From: Thermotogota bacterium
Lineage (GTDB): Bacteria > Thermotogota > Thermotogae > B3-G13
Length of the DNA: 32,682 nt
Assembly (NCBI GenBank): GCA_015486095.1
Contig: WFSK01000146.1
Location: 1 to 32,682, forward strand
Direction of reading: 5' to 3'
Below the pieces are notes generated by a model that was not told the DNA's origin, searched no databases, and saw only the letters and a program-made list of their open reading frames with translations. The position numbers and the translations under genes were made by a program. Of this stretch, positions 27,229 to 32,682 are shown piece by piece (position 1 is the stretch's first letter; every line of letters starts with the position of its first letter).

Positions 27229-30200
27229 TTATAAAAGTGGTTTCTGTATTATCTGGATCAGATCACGAGGAGACATCTGAAGCATTTCTTTAGAGAAACG
27301 TGCGAACAACTTCCTTTCCACTTCTCCCTCCTTTAAACGAGCAGGAGCTGAGATCAAGGGTTTTGAAAGGGCATCTTTAATGAAACTCAACTTCCCATTC
27401 GCTCTAACTAACAATCCATCTTCTTCCATTACTCTCTCCAAAATCCTATAACTCGCTTTATTTTTTACTATGCCCTGTATTTTTAGATATGAGAATAATT
27501 CATCTTCATCGATATCATCTTTATCCTTGATCGGCGATCCCTTAACTACCTCTATTACATCTCGCATAACAGATATATCTGGAAAGATGGTATCGATCAG
27601 CTGAGCCGTTTCACTTATGTCCTTTTTGCTATACAGAAGATATAAAAATACCTCTTGCTCCTTACTTATCATAGAAAGGGGCAGCAAGATATCCCCAATG
27701 GTAAAGCCCAGATCATAATATACGAGATTCTTAAAGGCACCTTCAGCCAGATTAGCAGGAAAAGAGGGTGTTGTAACCAGTATTTTTATCTTGCGATTTC
27801 TTATAAGAGATATGATCTTATGCTTCTGGAAAGGTGATAATCTTTCGTTATAGAAGATGATCTCTCCGTTATGATAAGCATCCTTCATCTTCATGCCGAT
27901 ATTGTGTGCCAGTTTTACAGTCTTTGATGGAGTATTAGTAAATATGGCAAAAGTTTCTCCTGTGGATATCAGTGAAAGTAGTACCTCGAATTTGTTTTCA
28001 ACATTTCTCCTATCTACTATCATCAAATTCGATTTACATTCCTTATCCAATATGAGATTTTCTATCCCAAACTTGATTCGTAGGTGATCGATGATCTCCT
28101 TGGAGGAATGCCAATCGAGGTAAAACATGGGTTTATACTTGAAGAATATCTCAAATCTTTCACCTTTATCTATTGGATAAAGATAACTGTAATTGCTGAA
28201 TATAACTTCATCAAAATCCTTCTCATAGAAAGCATCTAAATTAGATGATACAACTGCTGCATCGGTAAAGGTGATCCCACCTCCATTGTTCTGCCATGAC
28301 GAGAAATTTATACCATCACAATAGTTTATCCTGTAGTTCATAAAACCAAACGTATCCAGGAAGAGGTTATAAACACGATTGAGTATAGATGTCGTTGGCA
28401 AGATGATGAGGATATTAACATCATCAGACTTCGAAGAAAAGAGCATATTGGGAACAAAGGCTTCATAACCTTTGACATCCAAGATTATTATTGAATTTTC
28501 ACCCTTATCTTTGATCCTTGCAGATTTCTTACTCTCCATCCTCTTCATCACAACATGTATCCGTCTTTTCTTTTCAAGATCACTTATAAAGATATCTTTT
28601 TCCTCTCTACTTTCCTCTGAACCAGAATGATTGAACATATGAAAGACAAATTTTTTATCTTCTATCTCTTCCCTCAATATATCACTCACCGTGATCTCGA
28701 GATCCTTTATATATAACTGGAGATTTGGATAGCCCATCCATTCGGTTTTCCGAGGAGTAAAAACAACATTGGCCTTCAATAAAGCTGGTCTTATATAACG
28801 GTAATCATCGAAGATATATGCCTTGTTAAAACCCACGAAGTGCCCATCTCTCTTACCATCGGTCAATGTCAATAGAACGTGTTGTGAAGATGGACCAAAA
28901 TAGTGGACACTTTTTATACTCATGTCTTTTAGCAAAAAGGTGGGTTCAGGATTTCCATGTCCATACGGAGACAATTTTGCTAATCCTTGCATTACATTGG
29001 TATTTATATCGGAAAGATAGAATTCACTATCTATATATAATCTTGGGGAGAATAATTCTGGCGCTATCGTTTGTTCTGCTATTTCATTTATCCTTCTTCT
29101 GAATTCGTTTATGTTTTTTTTGTTGATCGTAAAACCAGCTGCGAGTTCATGTCCACCGTACTCGAGCAATAGGTCGGATACCTGTCCCAGCAGTTCCACC
29201 ACATTTGTGCCATCTATTCCTCTAACGGAGCCTCTGGCGATCTCCGTGGGATCGGTAGCTATAACTACAACGGGTTTGTAATATCGAGATAAGATCTTAG
29301 AAGCAACTATACCTATAACCCCGGGATGCCATCCTTTACCCGCAATAACTAGGATCTTTTCTTCTTCATATCTCGAATCCTTTTCTATCATGGAGAGGGC
29401 TTCCTCAAAGATCTTCCCTTCTATGTATTGTCTTTTAGAGTTGTACTTCATGAGCTCAGTTGTTATTCTCCCTGCTTCTTCTCTGTCTTCGGATAAGAGC
29501 AATTTTAAGGCTAAGGATGCGTCAGACAACCTACCGACAGCATTCAATTTCGGTGCTATCTTGAAAGATATATCGATGGAATCCAAAGTTGAAGGGTTTA
29601 CTTTAGTAGCCATCAACAAGGCTTTTACACCCACAGATTTTGTCTTAGCCAAACGTTCTAATCCCTTTTTAACGAAATATCTATTCTCTCCTAATATTGG
29701 AACAACATCTGCTATCGTACCAAGTGCGACTAAATCTAAGTGTTCTTGTAATGGGTAATCTACTCCTAATGCATCCACAATGGCTTTCAACAATTTATAC
29801 GCAACACCAACACCTGCAAGGGATTTAAAAGGATAGGTGTCATCTGGTTGCCGTGGGTCTACAATGGCATTGGCGCGTGGAAGTTCATCCTTTATTTCAT
29901 GATGATCGGTTACTATTACCTTCAATCCAAGGAAACGAGCATATTCTATTTCCTCAACAGAAGTTATTCCACAATCAACGGTTAAAACAACCTTAGTACC
30001 GTTCTCGAATATATCGAATATGCTTTCCTTACTCAGACCATACCCTTCATCCATACGGTTCGGTATATAGAAATCTACTTTCCATCCTAAACGCCTGAGT
30101 ACCGAAAGCAGAAGAGTAGTTCCTGTAATGCCATCAACATCATAATCACCATAGACTACTACTGATTCTTCTCTATTACGTGCATTTAAGAGAATGTGTA

Positions 30201-30399
30201 CAGCATCTTTTATTCCTTTCAACTTCCAAGGGTTGTATTCTTCTGCGCCTGTTATCTCTAGAAAACGCTTGGCTTCTTCCGGAGTACCTATACCTCTATT
30301 AACGAGTAATACGGCAAGTAAACGTGGGATGTTCAGTTCTCGTTCTAAAGAAGATACTGAACTCTCATCCGGTTGACAAACCACCCACTTTTTTTTCAT
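27229..30399 (-). CDS. recJ: Single-stranded-DNA-specific exonuclease RecJ with a ~490-aa C-terminal helicase-like/winged-helix extension
   Basis: DHH motifs GDYDVDGITG, VDCGITS and VTDHHE, and DHHA1 GGHELAAGF, all in residues 1-~570. One continuous 1056-aa ORF. Strong SD AAGGTGGAG before ATG 30399. Confidence 0.9.
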   Translation of the reverse strand: MKKKWVVCQPDESSVSSLERELNIPRLLAVLLVNRGIGTPEEAKRFLEITGAEEYNPWKLKGIKDAVHILLNARNREESVVVYGDYDVDGITGTTLLLSVLRRLGWKVDFYIPNRMDEGYGLSKESIFDIFENGTKVVLTVDCGITSVEEIEYARFLGLKVIVTDHHEIKDELPRANAIVDPRQPDDTYPFKSLAGVGVAYKLLKAIVDALGVDYPLQEHLDLVALGTIADVVPILGENRYFVKKGLERLAKTKSVGVKALLMATKVNPSTLDSIDISFKIAPKLNAVGRLSDASLALKLLLSEDREEAGRITTELMKYNSKRQYIEGKIFEEALSMIEKDSRYEEEKILVIAGKGWHPGVIGIVASKILSRYYKPVVVIATDPTEIARGSVRGIDGTNVVELLGQVSDLLLEYGGHELAAGFTINKKNINEFRRRINEIAEQTIAPELFSPRLYIDSEFYLSDINTNVMQGLAKLSPYGHGNPEPTFLLKDMSIKSVHYFGPSSQHVLLTLTDGKRDGHFVGFNKAYIFDDYRYIRPALLKANVVFTPRKTEWMGYPNLQLYIKDLEITVSDILREEIEDKKFVFHMFNHSGSEESREEKDIFISDLEKKRRIHVVMKRMESKKSARIKDKGENSIIILDVKGYEAFVPNMLFSSKSDDVNILIILPTTSILNRVYNLFLDTFGFMNYRINYCDGINFSSWQNNGGGITFTDAAVVSSNLDAFYEKDFDEVIFSNYSYLYPIDKGERFEIFFKYKPMFYLDWHSSKEIIDHLRIKFGIENLILDKECKSNLMIVDRRNVENKFEVLLSLISTGETFAIFTNTPSKTVKLAHNIGMKMKDAYHNGEIIFYNERLSPFQKHKIISLIRNRKIKILVTTPSFPANLAEGAFKNLVYYDLGFTIGDILLPLSMISKEQEVFLYLLYSKKDISETAQLIDTIFPDISVMRDVIEVVKGSPIKDKDDIDEDELFSYLKIQGIVKNKASYRILERVMEEDGLLVRANGKLSFIKDALSKPLISAPARLKEGEVERKLFARFSKEMLQMSPRDLIQIIQKPLL

Positions 30400-30506
30400 T
30401 CTCCACCTTCTCTCACCTTCTTTACTTTTTTTACTTTTTGTTTTATTATATCATGTTATGAAATATTTGTAAAAGATCAGAATTCCGTGATGTGGAAGTG
30501 CTAAAG

Positions 30507-31088
30507 ATGGAATGGGTATACATAACGGCGCTGGGAATAATCCTGATAACGATACTTATATTCGTTATTCGTGCTCTTTCAGTTAATAGGGGAAGCAATA
30601 ACGATGAATATGAAGTAGAAAGCGAAATCACATCGTTCATAAATGAATTCAAGCATATCGCCAATTTGAAGATCGACCTTCTTACCGAAAAAGAAGAACA
30701 GGTTCGTGAGGTTATAAAAGAGGCTAATTCGATGATAGTGCGTTTAAATGCAGTTGTTGCTGATGCCCAAAAAATATTGGAGAACTTGCGGAAACAAGAG
30801 AAGGGGAGCGAGCTTCAACATAAGATAAAAGATATACGTCCAGCTGACGAACATATGATAAGAGAACAGGACATCGATGCTAACATAACTGAAGCGGTTT
30901 TGCCTTCACCGAGAAAAACGAATTCTAATGTAGATTACGAGCTACTCAAAAAGCGCGTTGCCGAGCTTGCACGAGATAACTGGAAAACGGATGACATTGC
31001 AAGGATGCTTGGGATAGGGATTAGAGAAACGAAGTTGATGTTGAATCTTGCCTTTGCAAGGCATGGTGAACAATATCCCAACGAGTGA
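30507..31088 (+). CDS. Hypothetical membrane-anchored coiled-coil protein with a C-terminal HTH-like segment
   Basis: N-terminal TM WVYITALGIILITILIFVI, a central coiled coil, and C-terminal WKTDDIARMLGIGIRETKLMLNL, which resembles an HTH. ATG at 30507; the track's GTG at 30492 is an alternative. Confidence 0.6.
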   Translation: MEWVYITALGIILITILIFVIRALSVNRGSNNDEYEVESEITSFINEFKHIANLKIDLLTEKEEQVREVIKEANSMIVRLNAVVADAQKILENLRKQEKGSELQHKIKDIRPADEHMIREQDIDANITEAVLPSPRKTNSNVDYELLKKRVAELARDNWKTDDIARMLGIGIRETKLMLNLAFARHGEQYPNE

Positions 31089-31725
31089 GAAGATTAAAAA
31101 ATACGTTGATGCGATCTTTAAGGAGAACGAGAAACTCGATCTAACGGCAGCAGATAGAAAAGATTTTTTAAGATATCATGTTGCAGATGCCTTGGCAATA
31201 GCGGAGTTGATATCGACCAAACCAGGGCATATGGTTGTGGATATAGGGAGTGGACAGGGAATTCCAGGTGTTGTGGTTGCAATAGAGTTGCCAAAAGTAA
31301 ATGTAACTTTGATCGAGAGTGCTAAAAAGAAGGCAGAGTTTTTATCTCACGTGGTCGAGTTGTTAGATTTGAAGAACGTAGAGGTGATAAATGCACGAGT
31401 AGAGGATTTCTGTAGGAACGAAGGGAAAGCACATTTCGATATTGCATTAGCCCGTGGTGTTGGTAAGTTGAGTATCTTGGTGGAATATGCTTTACCCCTG
31501 CTGAAGATAGGGGGTATTTTCTTACCGCAAAAGGGCAGAACGGTAAACGAGGAATTGATAAAGGCTAAAAGGGCGTTGGAGATCCTGGGAGGAGATGTTG
31601 AAATGTTGAAATGGTATCGGATATCCAATAGACTCCTTTGCATTCCCGTTATCAGAAAGATGAAAGAAACCCCTTCCAGATATCCGCGTCGTCCAGGTAT
31701 ACCATCGAAAAGACCTATCGAATAA
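31063..31725 (+). CDS. rsmG: 16S rRNA (guanine527-N7)-methyltransferase
   Basis: SAM motif VVDIGSGQGIPGVVVAI, then ARGVGKLSIL...GGIFLPQKG. I prefer ATG 31063 over the track's TTG at 31048. Overlaps the upstream gene by 26 nt. Confidence 0.9.
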   Translation: MVNNIPTSEKIKKYVDAIFKENEKLDLTAADRKDFLRYHVADALAIAELISTKPGHMVVDIGSGQGIPGVVVAIELPKVNVTLIESAKKKAEFLSHVVELLDLKNVEVINARVEDFCRNEGKAHFDIALARGVGKLSILVEYALPLLKIGGIFLPQKGRTVNEELIKAKRALEILGGDVEMLKWYRISNRLLCIPVIRKMKETPSRYPRRPGIPSKRPIE

Positions 31726-31733
31726 GGGAAGTG

Positions 31734-32591
31734 ATGAGAGAGATGTCAACGATAAGAATAGGAGCTCATATGGCTACGAAGGGTGATGTATCTACCGTTC
31801 CTAAAAGGACGAGGGAGATCGGGGGAAATGTGGCACAGATCTTCATCAAGAATCCCCGTTCCTGGAAGGCAGATGAGATAAGACCTGGAATGAGGGAAAA
31901 ACTTCAGGGTGAGATGAAGAGATACGACGTTCCGATATTCGTTCATTCTGGTTACTTAGTGAATATGGCTACACCTGAAGAATCGCTTCAAGAGAAGGTA
32001 TTTCAACTCATGCAAAATGAGATCTCGATGACAATTCAGCTTGGGCTAAGGTACTACAACGTACATCCTGGTAGTCATAAAGGAGCAGGAGAAAAAGAAG
32101 GATTAGAAAGGATCGTACGGATGTTATCGGGGGTGATGAAGACGTTTGCAGATGCGGATATAGTTATTCTCTTAGAGAACGTTTCTCCGAAAGGTGGAAA
32201 CATAGGTTATAAATGGGAACATATGAAGTACATTATAGATAAGGTTGGCGATTCGAGGATAGGTGTTACCTACGACACCTGTCATGGCTTCGATGCAGGC
32301 TACGACCCAAGGACTCCAGAGACATTGGAGAGGATCTTGAACGAGATAGAAGAAAACGTGGGATTATCAAAACTCCATATGATCCATCTGAACGATTCTA
32401 TGTTTCCTCTCGGTATGGCGAAAGATAGACATCAGAACATAGGAAGGGGATACATAGGGGTTGAGGGGATGAAAACACTCCTTTCCAATCCGTTGATCCT
32501 GTCGAAGCCTCTTGTGCTCGAGACCCCTGAGAAAGAATTCACACATGCCGATGATATAAAGACCATCAAGGAATTGTTGAATTCCATGTAA
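31734..32591 (+). CDS. nfo: Endonuclease IV (AP endonuclease)
   Basis: IRIGAHM, VHPGSH, LLENV, YDTCHGFDAGYD and MIHLNDS match the Nfo TIM-barrel metal-ligand motifs. Start is at ATG 31734 or 31743. The track ORF start at 31638 overlaps rsmG and is unlikely. Confidence 0.9.
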   Translation: MREMSTIRIGAHMATKGDVSTVPKRTREIGGNVAQIFIKNPRSWKADEIRPGMREKLQGEMKRYDVPIFVHSGYLVNMATPEESLQEKVFQLMQNEISMTIQLGLRYYNVHPGSHKGAGEKEGLERIVRMLSGVMKTFADADIVILLENVSPKGGNIGYKWEHMKYIIDKVGDSRIGVTYDTCHGFDAGYDPRTPETLERILNEIEENVGLSKLHMIHLNDSMFPLGMAKDRHQNIGRGYIGVEGMKTLLSNPLILSKPLVLETPEKEFTHADDIKTIKELLNSM

Positions 32592-32593
32592 AA

Positions 32594-32682
32594 ATGTCTG
32601 AACTTCATCTTGTAGAGTCACATTTGGATGACGAGTGGCATACAGGTGAACATATGGAACATCGGATTGCTTGTAAAGATGG
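32594..32682 (+). CDS. Possible 5' end of an unidentified ORF running off the right edge
   Basis: The ATG lies 2 nt after the nfo stop. It is open for 29 codons (MSELHLVESHLDDEWHTGEHMEHRIACKD) with no clear SD. Not in the track because it is open-ended. Confidence 0.25.
   Translation, partial: MSELHLVESHLDDEWHTGEHMEHRIACKD

Overview
This is a gene-dense, AT-rich stretch of what looks like core bacterial chromosome. It holds about 30 protein genes. I saw no rRNA or tRNA, no CRISPR array, and no transposase, integrase or reverse transcriptase. Three things suggest a thermophilic, Thermotogota-like organism: K/E/I-rich proteins, a reversed homoserine dehydrogenase-aspartokinase fusion, and glyA-upp adjacency. 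That is inference only. Layout: [1-5865, minus] a hom-aspartokinase fusion that runs off the left edge and is missing from the ORF track, a 1063-aa O-antigen-ligase-like membrane protein, and pilT. [5866-6321] an unusually long structured intergenic region with two extended -10 boxes, nested hairpins and a 20-codon sORF behind a strong SD. [6322-13678, plus] one tightly overlapped operon: glyA, upp, a fliJ-like gene, a CUT2-type ABC ATPase, two permeases and a TPR-like protein. [13699-18334, minus] rsmE, serS, a predicted outer-membrane beta-barrel, a PiT phosphate transporter and a DUF47/PhoU-like gene. [18606-19364, plus] DUF72. [19339-30399, minus] smc, a HEPN/MNT toxin-antitoxin pair, an ELP3-like radical SAM gene, a 72-aa Cys/Trp-rich protein, a secreted 7-bladed YVTN propeller, ychF and an over-long recJ. 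[30507-32682, plus] a membrane-anchored coiled-coil/HTH protein, rsmG, nfo and the start of another ORF. Honest assessment: the window is mostly housekeeping, and I cannot point to a clear-cut new system. The best leads are: (i) RecJ fused to what reads like a catalytically dead RecQ-type helicase core plus a winged helix; (ii) the tightly spaced propeller / small Cys-rich protein / radical SAM trio, with the MNT-HEPN pair attached; (iii) pilT coupled to a giant Wzy_C-type protein; (iv) the structured pilT-glyA intergenic region and its sORF; (v) an orphan fliJ-like gene embedded in a metabolic/transport operon. All functional calls rest on motif recognition by eye. No database searches, folding or composition computations were run.
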